From: Octopus bimaculoides
Taxonomy: Eukaryota
Assembly: GCF_001194135.2 (NCBI RefSeq)
Contig: NC_068986.1
Coordinates: 96,164,985 to 96,216,480, forward strand
DNA: 51,496 nucleotides
Reading direction: 5' to 3'
The notes beneath the pieces are model-generated. The model made no database searches. It was not told where the DNA came from and saw nothing but the letters and a program-made list of their open reading frames with translations. Shown here piece after piece: positions 11,930 to 24,935 of this stretch. Within the stretch, counting starts at the first letter, position 1. Each line of letters opens with the position of its first letter. The position numbers were made by a program, and so were the translations under genes.

Positions 11930-12150
11930 TATCTTTCATTTGTTATAGTCATTAGACTGCGGCTATGCTGGGGCACCGATTTGAAGAATGAATCGACCCC
12001 AGTACTTATTTCTTTTTTTATTTTGAAACCTGGTACATATTCTATCAGTTTCTTGGGCCGAACTGCTAAGTCACGGGAACATAAATACACCAACACCGGA
12101 TGTCAATTTGTGGTGGGCGAAAAACACAGACACGAAGACTCATACATACA
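11930..12150 (-). mobile_element. Family A SINE 3' half
   Basis: Reverse complement of the 3' half of 6758-7185. Confidence 0.75.
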
Positions 12151-13320
12151 TGCATGCATGTGGTGTAACAAGCTTCTTTCAATTTNNNNNNNNNNNNNNN
12201 NNNNNNNNNNNNNNNNNNNNNNNNNNNNNNNNNNNNNNNNNNNNNNNNNNNNNNNNNNNNNNNNNNNNNNNNNNNNNNNNNNNNNNNNNNNNNNNNNNNN
12301 NNNNNNNNNNNNNNNNNNNNNNNNNNNNNNNNNNNNNNNNNNNNNNNNNNNNNNNNNNNNNNNNNNNNNNNNNNNNNNNNNNNNNNNNNNNNNNNNNNNN
12401 NNNNNNNNNNNNNNNNNNNNNNNNNNNNNNNNNNNNNNNNNNNNNNNNNNNNNNNNNNNNNNNNNNNNNNNNNNNNNNNNNNNNNNNNNNNNNNNNNNNN
12501 NNNNNNNNNNNNNNNNNNNNNNNNNNNNNNNNNNNNNNNNNNNNNNNNNNNNNNNNNNNNNNNNNNNNNNNNNNNNNNNNNNNNNNNNNNNNNNNNNNNN
12601 NNNNNNNNNNNNNNNNNNTATATATATATATATCTTTTATCACTTTTTAAATCTTATATTACACTATAATTCGTATTGAGAACTTACCTCGCGTTTGCAT
12701 TGGTTAAGTTGCATTAGTTTATCTATGCAGACACATGTGTATTTGTGTGTCTGTACATATCTTGACGAAACTTTGCATATATGTTAAACTAACATCCATT
12801 TCAATTATAAGCTAATTGGATTTCAATAATGGGCCTCCTAGGTGGGGCTGGGCTATTATTTGATGAAATGAGAAGGGCGCAAATAGTGTTAGTATGAGGG
12901 AAATGTGGTGGCATAATGAGTGTGGCTGATATCAGGGAAGGAGAGAAGAGAGCTGTGTAAGCCATAAATATGGAGTGGCTTACAGCTGTCTTTCACGGAT
13001 ATACTCGCGACTCAGCATATATACTTTCGTAAATACTTAGATACATGCATACTCACACACATATACGCACACACTGCACATACACACACATACACACACA
13101 TACACACACATACACACACTGCACATACACACATACATGCACATAACTAACTTCTAAAACGCCGAAGAAGGGGAAAAGGTGGGTGTGAAGAATACATAGC
13201 TTTAATTATCAGTACATATCAGACAATGCCGTAAGACCAGAACTGTTTCGTTATTGCCACATGGTGACTTTTCTGCTGTCCATCGCAAAGAAACACTCAC
13301 ACATACACACATACATACAC

Positions 13321-13355
<35 letters not shown>

Positions 13356-14904
13356 GTATTATATACATATATACATACATACATACATACGTTCATACAT
13401 ACATACATACATACGTATACACCATTTTAAACTCATAATTATCAGTGTACGTTTGTAAATGTGTGCGTGTTTATGTTTCAGTGTGTGTGTGTCTGTGTCT
13501 GTGTGTGTGTGTCACACCCTATAATTGTCTGTCTCTCTACTTGTGTAGGGTCCTCCCTGTTGCCGTCTCATATTGTGAAATTTTAAAATTACGTCAAATT
13601 TTTTTTAAATTTGGTATATTGAAATAATTTCTTACGTTAAATCCGATTTTGTTATTTGTTCTAGAAAAATTGCAGAAAAATGTTACTGAGTTTTAAATTT
13701 AAGCAACTTTACCTCATTAGAAACAGGATTTGGAAGGTGACATTTTCTGCATGATAGCTGTCTATCACAAGATGAAAGCAAAATCATTGCGAGGAAGAAT
13801 TTTTATTAAACAAACGAAGCAAAGCATTACGACGACCAAAGTTGTANNNNNNNNNNNNNNNNNNNNNNNNNNNNNNNNNNNNNNNNNNNNNNNNNNNNNN
13901 NNNNNNNNNNNNNNNNNNNNNNNNNNNNNNNNNNNNNNNNNNNNNNNNNNNNNNNNNNNNNNNNNNNNNNNNNNNNNNNNNNNNNNNNNNNNNNNNNNNN
14001 NNNNNNNNNNNNNNNNNNNNNNNNNNNNNNNNNNNNNNNNNNNNNNNNNNNNNNNNNNNNNNNNNNNNNNNNNNNNNNNNNNNNNNNNNNNNNNNNNNNN
14101 NNNNNNNNNNNNNNNNNNNNNNNNNNNNNNNNNNNNNNNNNNNNNNNNNNNNNNNNNNNNNNNNNNNNNNNNNNNNNNNNNNNNNNNNNNNNNNNNNNNN
14201 NNNNNNNNNNNNNNNNNNNNNNNNNNNNNNNNNNNNNNNNNNNNNNNNNNNNNNNNNNNNNNNNNNNNNNNNNNNNNNNNNNNNNNNNNNNNNNNNNNNN
14301 NNNNNNNNNNNNNNNNNNNNNNNNNNNNNNNNNNNNNNNNNNNNNNNNNNNNNNNNNNNNNNNNNNNNNNNNNNNNNNNNNNNNNNNNNNNNNNNNNNNN
14401 NNNNNNNNNNNNNNNNNNNNNNNNNNNNNNNNNNNNNNNNNNNNNNNNNNNNNNNNNNNNNNNNNNNNNNNNNNNNNNNNNNNNNNNNNNNNNNNNNNNN
14501 NNNNNNNNNNNNNNNNNNNNNNNNNNNNNNNNNNNNNNNNNNNNNNNNNNNNNNNNNNNNNNNNNNNNNNNNNNNNNNNNNNNNNNNNNNNNNNNNNNNN
14601 NNNNNNNNNNNNNNNNNNNNNNNNNNNNNNNNNNNNNNNNNNNNNNNNNNNNNNNNNNNNNNNNNNNNNNNNNNNNNNNNNNNNNNNNNNNNNNNNNNNN
14701 NNNNNNNNNNNNNNNNNNNNNNNNNNNNNNNNNNNNNNNNNNNNNNNNNNNNNNNNNNNNNNNNNNNNNNNNNNNNNNNNNNNNNNNNNNNNNNNNNNNN
14801 NNNNNNNNNNNNNNNNNNNNNNNNATATATATATAAGTGCATCAAAACTGTCTCCATCAAAATTTTGCAGCGAAATTTATGGAATTCAGTGAAAGTGGGT
14901 ACAA

Positions 14905-15540
14905 TTAAATGCTAGCCGATCTTGATTTTTGCAGACGACCTTGTGATGAATACAATAGAAGAGCTGGAACTAATATTGGATAATTTTGTCTGGTTGTTAG
15001 CCATTCAAAGACAGATATGGCAGATATAAATTATGCCAATCCTTCCAATTGCTGTGTAGAAGAACCAAAGATCTCTTAAAGTACTGGCTGACAATAATGG
15101 TTCACTGGTTTGAGGTTTGTGGAAAGAATTAATAAAGCTGAACGAACAATGTTAAAATTTATATGAAAGTTAAAATTTATATGGAAGTTCTAACTGCATC
15201 TCGACTCATACCAAGGTGAAAATATATGTATTCTGTGTAAGATCAATATTGTTTTATGAGCATCGATTTTGGCACAATACCACTGCATCTGACACTAAAT
15301 TTCTAAATTTTAAGCGCAAAGCCTTGTAATGAATATTAGGAATCAGGTGGTAAGATGATATTACCAACGAAAGAGTTAGAGAAATTGTTAATGCAATAAT
15401 ATTTGATAAGTTTATAAGATTGTCGCGAAGGAGATGATTGAATCACGTTTCTAGGCCAGATAGAAGTTTTGTTTGAGATGTATCTAGTTTAGACGACAGA
15501 GGAAGGGAAGAACTGTGAGTAACGGAGTAAAAATGAAATT
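14905..15540 (+). pseudogene. Decayed RTE-like LINE RT and C-terminal fragment
   Basis: LADLDF(frameshift)ADDLV at ~14912-14945; TKVKIY...VRSILFY; ILGIRW*DDITNERVRE at ~15335-15385. Confidence 0.75.
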
Positions 15541-16144
15541 ACAAAAAGTTGGGTTAGGGTATAGGTATGACTTAAGAGTGATAACACAAAATCAGTTTAT
15601 TTGAAACGCGCCTATCTTGTACCATCTGAATTTTTGCGAAAATTTACCGAAACCCAATGCACTCCATAGGTGTGAGAGGATTTCTTCATCTTAGAAATTC
15701 AGTCAAATTTTAACAGATATAGAGAAGAATCAAATTTTATTCTTTCGCTGGCTTAACTTGGTTTGACTTGGTTTGAGCCCTCAACCTCCAATGGAATCGT
15801 ATGGATTATAATGATTTGGATTATAACGTAATGGATTATAACAATTTTTCTTTTATCTCAAGAGATGCAACTGATTATTCCATTGCACTTCTTATACTTC
15901 GAAGAATTTATATTTTTATATTCCATGTTTTTGCTCCATTATCACCGAGTAGAAGGATGTCAATCCACTATCAACTACATTTGTAAACCAAATACAATAA
16001 AATTGTTAACATGAATGATAATATACGTAGGTAGATATGTGGAAGTAGTACAACAAAGAAATTGCACAGTAAACTCACGTTATCTTGGGAAATTTTTTAA
16101 CCGAAGAATTTCTACAATCTCCTTCTAAAACAAAAGCCATCATA

Positions 16145-16460
16145 TGGAGTTGTGGTATGTGTACTGAACGCCAGTCCTCGCCATCTGGAACGGTCATGTA
16201 CCAGAACTTGGATCTCCGCTAATCCTCTGCTTGTCCATTCTTTAATGGTTCCAATCCGCTTTTCCTCTGTTCGCCTCTCTATAAAGAATGACTTTTCAAG
16301 GCCACTGGATTTGGATTCGTGTTCACGTCATTTTACCTTTATTTCTGTTGTGAAGTCATTGTCCAGATTCATGCGAAGCGGGACGGTTTCACAAACCTGC
16401 TCATTAGTGATGTGGTTCAAATATGAGATATCCAAGATGTTTCAGTAGTATCTAATTTCC
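16145..16460 (-). pseudogene. RTE-like LINE 3' ORF2 fragment
   Basis: Minus strand reads ILDISYLNHITNEQVCE and IKEWT...EIQVLVHDRSRWR. Confidence 0.7.
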
Positions 16461-17186
16461 AGTGGTTATCAGAGATCTCCAACTCTGGCATGCAACAACG
16501 AAAGATAGACAAGACTGGTGAATAATATATATATGTCACGACGGTATTACTACGACTCCATCGGAAGTTGAGAACTCAAATCGCTGTATATCTCTACCGT
16601 GAGGGTTCATATGACTACAAGATGAAGAGTACTCTCCATCACGATGTTTCTATCTCTCCATAGCAGCTTGAATTTAATATCGTATAAAATAGGTCCAATA
16701 CTTAGCAATGTCAATATACAAAAAATTCGTTGGCTAGGAACGGGCCATATTCCACCCCCCTTTTTTGTTCACAGTGAAACGTATGAAATGTTGAATGAAT
16801 GAAAAAAGTAATCTTTCGTTTTCAATTTTTTAATTTTATTGCTAAAAGCTTAAATGGAACATGACGGTTCCAGGAAAAGAAAGTAAAGTAAAGCTGAAGA
16901 GTTTTGTTCATAATGGTACAATGTGTGTCAAGAGAAAAGCAAGAATGTGTCTGTAAAAGTGATGAGTGTGGTACCGTTAGTGTAGAGGTTATTTTTACAA
17001 CACATAATTTTGGCAGTTGTAACTGTGGAAACTCTGGTAAATACAAGAATTTTCTGGCCTTTATTCTTCGCTGCTCGCGTCGCTAAGCTCTTGTCATTCA
17101 GACTGTCTTCCTACCAAACTGTGTCGCTTCTCTTCAGATCTGGTTTCATTTTATGTGCTGAACAACAAATCTGACTGGACAGATCT

Positions 17187-17260
17187 ATGGTGACGTCACC
17201 ATTAAAAAATCGAGGATATGTTTATATATAATTTCACTGGTCAGATTTTTACTGACGTCA
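17187..17260. promoter_or_regulatory. Two perfect CRE/ATF sites (TGACGTCA) 62 bp apart
   Basis: TGACGTCA at 17191-17198, inside the 16-bp palindrome ATGGTGACGTCACCAT, and at 17253-17260. The motif is certain; function is untested. Confidence 0.35.
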
Positions 17261-17949
17261 TTACTCAATACTGATATTGTCTATGAAAATATTTGCAATT
17301 GGAAAACAGTCTAGATTCAAATTGAAGCTGAGACCTACTATACCTTAAACTATAGTCTATCACAGACTGACGGTTTGGAATTACCTGTATATTACTATGG
17401 AGAATATCTGGAAATTATATTACTGTTTATTTCATTGAGGGTGGTAGTTTGACAGAATCTTTGGAGCGTCAAACAAAATCCTTTGCAGTATTTAACTACA
17501 ATGATTTAAGTTCTCAGTTCAAATCCTGCCAAAGTGAACTTTACCCTTCTATACTTTCGAGGCTGGTAAAGATAGTACTCGGGTCCGTTTCCCCCTCTCT
17601 CTCTTTCTCTCCTTCCCTTCTCTCTGTCTCTCTCTCTCTTACTCTCCCGCTCTCTCAGTCTCTCTCTTTTACTCGTGGCTCTCTCTCTCTCTCTTACTCT
17701 CTCCTTCTCTCTCCCTTTTTCTCAGTCATTCATTCTTTCTTGCCGAAAGAAATCGACTATAATTAGTCCTGGTAAGGGATGGGTTCCGCCAGGTTTTAAA
17801 AACGTCCAAGACACTCCACAGGTCACGATGACGCCCTCTATGACCCCTTCATGAGTTAAGGTCGTCTGGAATCTTATGGAATCGTATGGAATGTATAATG
17901 CATACGTACTCACACACACACACACACACATGCACAGAGAGAGAGAGAG

Positions 17950-17984
<35 letters not shown>

Positions 17985-18007
17985 GAGAAAGAGAGAAAGA
18001 GAGAGAG

Positions 18008-18045
<38 letters not shown>

Positions 18046-18419
18046 TGTCTGTCTGTCTGTCTCTCTCTCTGTGCGTGCATATATATGTATCTATTATATG
18101 TACGCATCTATGTAGACACACACATAGGCTCATGCATTCCCACAAATACGCAGAATGAACAACACTGCACACACTCACACACACACACACACACAGATAC
18201 ACACATAAACACACACATACACACGCAATCTATCTCTTTCTGTCTCTCCATACATGCGCGCGCGCGCAAATGCAAACACACTCACATGTGTGTGTATATG
18301 TGTGTGCGTGTGTTTGTCAGTACATGTGTTAGTGCGTCTGTGCTTGCGAATACGCGCGTGTGTATGCATGTGTGTGTTTTTGTGAGTGTGTTTGTAGATA
18401 AACATTTTCTTAATTTTAG

Positions 18420-18681
18420 GAACGAGAGGAAAAGATCTTTAAAAAAAAAAAAGACGAAGGAGAAATGAAAACGTATATTATCTATATAGATTGATAGCTA
18501 ACTAGTTAATAAGCTATATAAATGTGTGCATATGTGTGTGTATTGATAGAGAGACGGACACAGACAGATACACTGATAGTAAGAGATTGTTGAAGAAAAA
18601 ATATGACGAGATGACAAGAAGAGAGAGAATTGGGAAAGAGAAGAGAGAGAGAGAATTGGGAAAGAGAAAGAGAGAGAGAGG

Positions 18682-18712
<31 letters not shown>

Positions 18713-19640
18713 AGAGAGGGAGAGAGAGAGAGAGAAAGAGTAAAATAGTGAGGAAAGAGAAAGAAAACAAAACGACGGAAAAACGGAAGGGATGCATGAA
18801 AATGAGCGAGAGAAAGGAAGCAACAGATAAATAAGGGCTTGTAACAGGTTTTCTAACAGATTTTCAAGGAAAGAACAGCCGATGAGATCGGTACTTTATT
18901 TTATCCTTCACAGAATTTACATTCGGAATATAAAGGGACGTAACTAAACAGTGCATGCTATTTTAATCCGACACTATGAATTCTGGTTTTTATAGCACTT
19001 TTGGTAGGGAGATACAGAAATATAAGATGTGATAAAGACAGGAGAATGAGAAATGGTGTGAGAGGAAGAGAAGTAACAAAGAGATAGAAACTGGAAAGGG
19101 AAAGACAGGAAGAGAGAGATGTGTGAGTGGATGTGTGCGTGCGTATGTTTGTTTGTGATTGTAAGGTTAGGGGAGAGGAAACGAGCGAGTGCGAGAGCAA
19201 TTGGCAAATTGGAGAAAACGAATTAAGAGTTATAGAGAGAAAATGTATGTGTACGAGAGAAAGAGAATAGGGGGGAGAAAAGAGAGGAGAGAGAATCAAA
19301 GAGAAAACGTGCGTGAAAGAAAGTGTGTGACAGAAAGAGAGATAGAGAGAGGTAAAGAAGGAGACAAGGAAAGTTAGCTCTAACTTTCTTTCTTTGTCTC
19401 TCTCTCTCTCTTTACTTCTCTCTTCCGCAAGCAAAATAGGAAAATATATGAGAGTATGGTAATGCATCAAACAAGAAGAAGAAAAGAGAGTGTCAGAGAG
19501 GGAGGGAGGGAGAAAGAGATAGAGAGAGAGCGCGAGAGAGATTGAGAGAAAGGGAGAGATCAGATTACACTAGAAAGCAGTAGTAAGAGTGTATCAGAAA
19601 CGAAAAAAGGAGATAAAAATTAGAAATTGAAGGGAAAGAG
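18420..19640 (+). repeat. Purine-rich degenerate (GA)n tract
   Basis: Strong G/A bias over about 1.2 kb. Confidence 0.9.
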
Positions 19641-19687
19641 AAAATTACTCCTCACCTTTAACAGTCAAACTGCATCTAACTATTTCT

Positions 19688-19920
19688 TATTTCTTCACTG
19701 CCCACAAGGGGCTACACACAGAGGAGACAAACAAGGACAGACAAACGGATTAAGTCGATTATATCGACCCAGTGCGTAACTGGTACTTATTTAATCAACC
19801 CCGAAAGGATGAAAGGCAAAGTCGACCTCGGCGGAATTTGAACTCAGAACGTAGCGGCAGACGAAATACCGCTAAGCATTTCGCCCGGCGTGCTAACGTT
19901 TCTGCCAGCTCGCCGCCTTT
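19688..19920 (-). mobile_element. Full-length family B tRNA-derived SINE with a 14-bp TSD
   Basis: TSD ATCTAACTATTTCT at 19674-19687 and 19921-19934; box B-like GAGTTCAAATTCC; central GACTTTGCCTTTCATCCTTTCGGGG domain resembles shared SINE central domains (Meta-type; assignment uncertain). Confidence 0.92.
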
Positions 19921-19932
19921 ATCTAACTATTT

Positions 19933-20447
19933 CTACTTGACCGAAACATGTCCGTAGCTGTCACCTTGCCTGCTAACAACGATCAAATTTTCCCTCTAAA
20001 CACAAAAATTAATGTTGTTATAATTTGGAAGGNNNNNNNNNNNNNNNNNNNNNNNNTAAGACTAAAATTTAAAATTCAAGTGAAATTTTAAAATTCCGTG
20101 AAATTATCTCCCCCTTTTATTATTATTGTTGTTATTATTATTAAAATTATTAACAACTGCTGCTAAGTTGATTTTTTATTTTATTTTTGCTTCTTTTCCG
20201 ACAGCTACCTAAATCATATAAATTCATGCCTTTTGTCCTCTTACCTTTTGTAATAATGCAAATTTTATTGGCCACAATTATTTGTAACAGTCGCTATTTA
20301 ATAGAGATTAAAATAGGTTCGAGTAGATTGTTCCGCTAATGAGGTCAAGTAAGACCAAAACATGTTCACAGTTGTCTTCCTTGCCTGCTAACAACGATCA
20401 AATTTTCCCTCTAAACACAAAAATTAATGTTGTTATAATTTGGAAGG
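19933..20447 (+). ncRNA. Two tandem degenerate minimal hammerhead-ribozyme-like motifs (Penelope/retrozyme-type remnant)
   Basis: Copy 1 CTACTTGACC-GAAAC-ATGTC (19933-19952); copy 2 CTAATGA-GGTC..GACC-AAAACATGTT (20336-20366); both followed by the same 69 bp. Confidence 0.5.
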
Positions 20448-20699
20448 ATTACATTAAACCCTATAAACACACTCAGCAGTAGATCACTTTTTGTTTTTAG
20501 TTATAAGCGAGAACAAGCTTTCAACACACGGTTCCAGATCAAAATTCTGACAAAACAAATTGATAAACAAAAACAAGATTATCTATGAACTTAATTATTA
20601 ATTTCTTGAAATTATCTCCCCTCTCTAGATAGTGGCTAGAAATTGCCACTAGGCTTTCGTCTTTCTCTCCAGCTAAGAGACATAGTTTCAATTCATTGA

Positions 20700-20888
20700 G
20701 ATTTGTTTGTTTTGTTTTATTTTCTTTTTGTGTATTTTTATTTTTGCGTTCGTCATTCAGTACATCACCAAATACTTGATCTCTTTCTATATCTCTTCCA
20801 GTTTCTCTTCCTCCTTTCTCTATCATACTTGTTACCCCTCCTCATATTTCTCTGTTGCAATTTTTAAAAAAATCTCTCTTCGTCTTCC

Positions 20889-20931
<43 letters not shown>

Positions 20932-20941
20932 NNNNNNNNNN

Positions 20942-20981
<40 letters not shown>

Positions 20982-22930
20982 TCCTTTACATTTATGCTAG
21001 TCTCTCTTTCTCTCTTTTCCTACTCTTTCATTCATTCCAGTCGGCTTTATCAGTGTTGACCCCTGCCTCTCTCCATCTATTTTAACTTACTTTCGTTTTC
21101 TCCTTCTTTCATTATTGTCTTTCTCTCTTTCTCTCTCCCCTCTGTTGTCTCCATCTAGGCTATCTTCTCTCTCCCTCTCTCTGTCTCATTACTGTCTTTC
21201 TTCCGCAGTGTTTCTTTCCTCTGCCGTCTTACCTTCTCCCCTTCGATATTGTCTCTTTTACCTCTGATGTCTCTGTGTTACCTTCTCACTCTCTCCTTCC
21301 ATTTTACTTCGCTATCTCTATATATCTGTCTCTCTATCTCTCCCTCCCTTTCTCTCTATTTCTACCTACCTACCTACCTATCTTTTCTTTTCTTTTCTTG
21401 TACGTCTTCCTAAATCTCTTTTTCGTCATCCACCAACCTCATCTAATTTCTTACTTTTGGTTTCCTTTCATCCCCAAATCTTTTACCGTTATTCTTCGCC
21501 AATCTATCTTCTCGCCTCTCCATTTTCTTTTTAAAAAATTGACTTTATCCACCTCTGTCATTTGTCTCTCTCGTTAGCACCCACTCAACTACATATCGCT
21601 TATATCTTTCTTCTATCTCTCGTGTCTTGTTTCGTCTTTCAAAATTATCTTTCTCTGTTTCTTGTTTCATTCCTTCTTTCTTTCTCTTTCTATTTCTCTC
21701 TACCATTACTCCTCAGTATACTGTATATTCTTCATTCAATCTATTTCCTCGCACCATACCTTTCACCCGCTCTCCTCTCCCTCTCTGCTCTTATTTCTTT
21801 ATCTTACACATTTTCCATTTTCTCAACTTCTGCCTTCTTTTTCCTTTCATCTCTCCCTCTCTTTTTTCTTCTTTCTCTTATTTCATATTTACTTTTCATT
21901 TTCCTTTCATTTCACTTCTTTTCTTTCATCTTTTCCCTCTATCTCTCTATCTGTCTGTCTTTCTCTTTCTCTTTATCATTCCCGCTCACCACTTCGTCCT
22001 TCTTAACTTCCACTCATCCTGAACTTACCCTTCGCACTCGAAAGTACTTTCTCTTTCTCTTTATCTCTCTATCCCTGCCTCCCCGTCTCTCTCTCTCTCT
22101 CTATCTCTTTATATCTCTTTCTCTTTCACACACACGCAAACATATGCACATACTCACACTTGCTCCTTTCATATTCTATATATCTTTCATTTCTCAACCT
22201 TTCATTTTCATCTATCGTCAGTCAGTTATGGTTTTTGTCCCTCACACTTCGTTACATGCTACCTTTCTTTAACATGTCTTTCCTCTCACTCTCACGGTCT
22301 CTCTCATTCCTTGTCTCTCTCACTCCCTATCTCTCTCACTTTCTCTCGCTTTCACTTTCTGTCTCTGTCGCTATCACTATCTTCTTTTTCGTCTATCGTC
22401 TGTTATGTCTGTCCTCTCTCACTCACCCTGTCTCTCACTTTCTGTTCCTCATACTCACTTTTTTCCTCCCCCCTCTCTCTCCGTCTAAATGCTCACTATG
22501 TCTCAATCATTCCCTCTTTCATTTTATATTCTATACACTCTTTATATTAATACCTTTCTTTTACGTCTGTTGTCTGTCGTCTGTTTTGCCTTTCCCTCTC
22601 ACTCTCTCTTACATTTATTCTCCCTCTTTCTCTCAATCTCACCCTTCCTTTATACTTTGTATACTCTCCCTCCGTTTCTCTACCGCTCTTTTTTTTCTAT
22701 CTACCGTCTGCTCTGTCTTCCACACTCACTATTTCTTTATCTATTATCTTTCTCTATCTTCCTCGTTCCTTTTCTTTTGGTTTCCTCACTCTCATCTAAC
22801 CCCTTTTTTTTTACATTTCTTATTTTCTACATTAAATTCTTCTACATCCTTCGTCTAAGCCTTTTCCGTTTCTACTTCTTTATAGTCCCTTCTTTCTCCT
22901 TCGTCTCTACCATTTATATTTCATGTTTCG
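20700..22930 (+). repeat. Pyrimidine-rich degenerate (CT)n tract, about 2.2 kb
   Basis: Extreme C/T bias; source of the spurious L/S/F-rich ORFs. Confidence 0.92.
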
Positions 22931-23164
22931 TCTTTTCCATCTGTTATGCTATATATATATATATATATATACATATATAGCATAACAGATGAAGACATGG
23001 AAAAGACGAGACATACATACATACATACATACATAGAGGCATACATACATGCATACATAATACATACATACATATTTATGTCTATATATGTATACTTACA
23101 CATATATGTATATATATGTGTGTGTGTAAATATATGTATATGTATGTGTATGTGTGTATGTATG

Positions 23165-23264
<100 letters not shown>

Positions 23265-23417
23265 TGTATATATACACGTATCTATCTATTTAGCTTTTAC
23301 ACATACATAGATGCTTACATTTTACATTTACATGCGCAACATACGTAATAAGTACGTGCATATATACAGATATATGCGTTCACACCTACACGTACACACT
23401 CAGACATATACAAATAC

Positions 23418-23470
<53 letters not shown>

Positions 23471-24224
23471 TCAGTCAAAACTATACATTACTCAATTCTA
23501 TATACATACAGTTACGTAACACGATACATATACACATACATATACTAATCCATACACTAACGTTCACTGCACATATAAACACCCATATACACATTTATTA
23601 CACAAGTTACTGATTTATATTAGGTATTTCCTACCTATAGTCATGTACACTGCCAGTGTACACTTCATAAATACACAACAACAGACTGTATACTTATACA
23701 TATACACATACAGATAGTGTTGACGACAATATATATGTATGCGATCAGATAGGGAAACCTCAATGTGGCTGTACGATCTGTTAGAAAGAGCAGCCAAATC
23801 ACACTGAAATCACGGCCTGTGTTTTGGGGAAAGGAAAGGACATATTAGAAAATGCATGCCTATATAGTCCTTAAAATGAAGGGTAGCCATGGCTGGAATG
23901 TCTTACCAGTGATGACTTACGCTTAAACAAGAATGACAACATAGGTGCACACAAACAACACACACACACACACACACAAAACCATTCATAAAACATCAAT
24001 CGATATCACACACAGCCACACACCTAGTCAACCAGGACACACACACACACACATACACTATCAATTTCATACTCGCATGTATACACGCCCATGCACAAAC
24101 ACTTGAGCACGCATACGCACATTCATGCACATGTATGTGAACACACATGCACGCTCTTGTATATACACATGCATACACACGCACATAGATGCAAACAAAT
24201 ACATCGATAGACAGACAGAAAAAT

Positions 24225-24273
<49 letters not shown>

Positions 24274-24754
24274 GTTCACATGATGTGTGTGTGCATGTGC
24301 GTGTATGTGATAGCGTGTGTATGTGTGTGTGATAGCATGTGTGTTGTTGATGGAGACACACACACTCAGGAAACATCGTACATACAGTCAATGAAGAGCA
24401 AAACGCACAATAGCACCTGGCGTCGCAAACATACGTACATACATACATACATACATACATACATACATAACATATACATTCAGATAGACAGATAGATACA
24501 TTCTTATTCTTGTCTTCCTCACCAAGCTCTATATTTTCATCTGTTCCACATAAATCAGCACCCCCCCCCCACGTTTCTCAGTCGCCCTTCCTTGGCTGAC
24601 TTTAACAGTTTCGCTCTGTTGCATGCATACAAACCCTTCCTCTTAGTTTGAGGATAAAAGCAAATACGGGATCTCGAGAAGGTCTCAAATACAGGATCTC
24701 AGCTGCGGACCACTGACTTACACTTTCAACACTACGATCTAACACAGGAGTATA

Positions 24755-24935
24755 TATGTGGACGCTTGAACTGCTAGAAATAGCAACCAAATCTCCCTCA
24801 GATCAAAAGGATAGTTGGACAATGTAATACTGGGGGCCCAGTTCCAAGGGAAAAGACAGGACGATCATATCTGGAATGCTTTTAATCGTATGTTTGCTAA
24901 ATCAGGGGTTAATCTGGGGTTAAGTAACAACAGCA
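24755..24935 (+). mobile_element. Family D (CAA-tailed) retroposon fragment, representative copy
   Basis: GCTAGAAATAGCA(G/A)CCAAATCTCCCTC...CTGGAATG...GGGG(C/T)TAA(A/G)..CAACA; other copies near 23785, 24990, 26570, 29915, 33100(-), 36350(-), 38290, 38500, 40400(-), 40720(-). Confidence 0.65.

Noticed and set aside
12760-13030. Possible Penelope 3' fragment with a GCTGT(GT)AAGCC/GGCTTACAGC hairpin
   Set aside because: No hammerhead core or GIY-YIG motif; insufficient support.
13730-14915. ORFs over 350 aa (also at 11981, 30839-31816, 45722 and similar)
   Set aside because: Their length comes from N-runs.
16904-17086. Cys-rich 60-aa ORF as a secreted peptide or exon
   Set aside because: No signal peptide, recognisable cysteine pattern or convincing splice sites.
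21275-22980. Long L/S/F-rich 'membrane protein' ORFs
   Set aside because: Translation of a CT-rich low-complexity tract in all frames.
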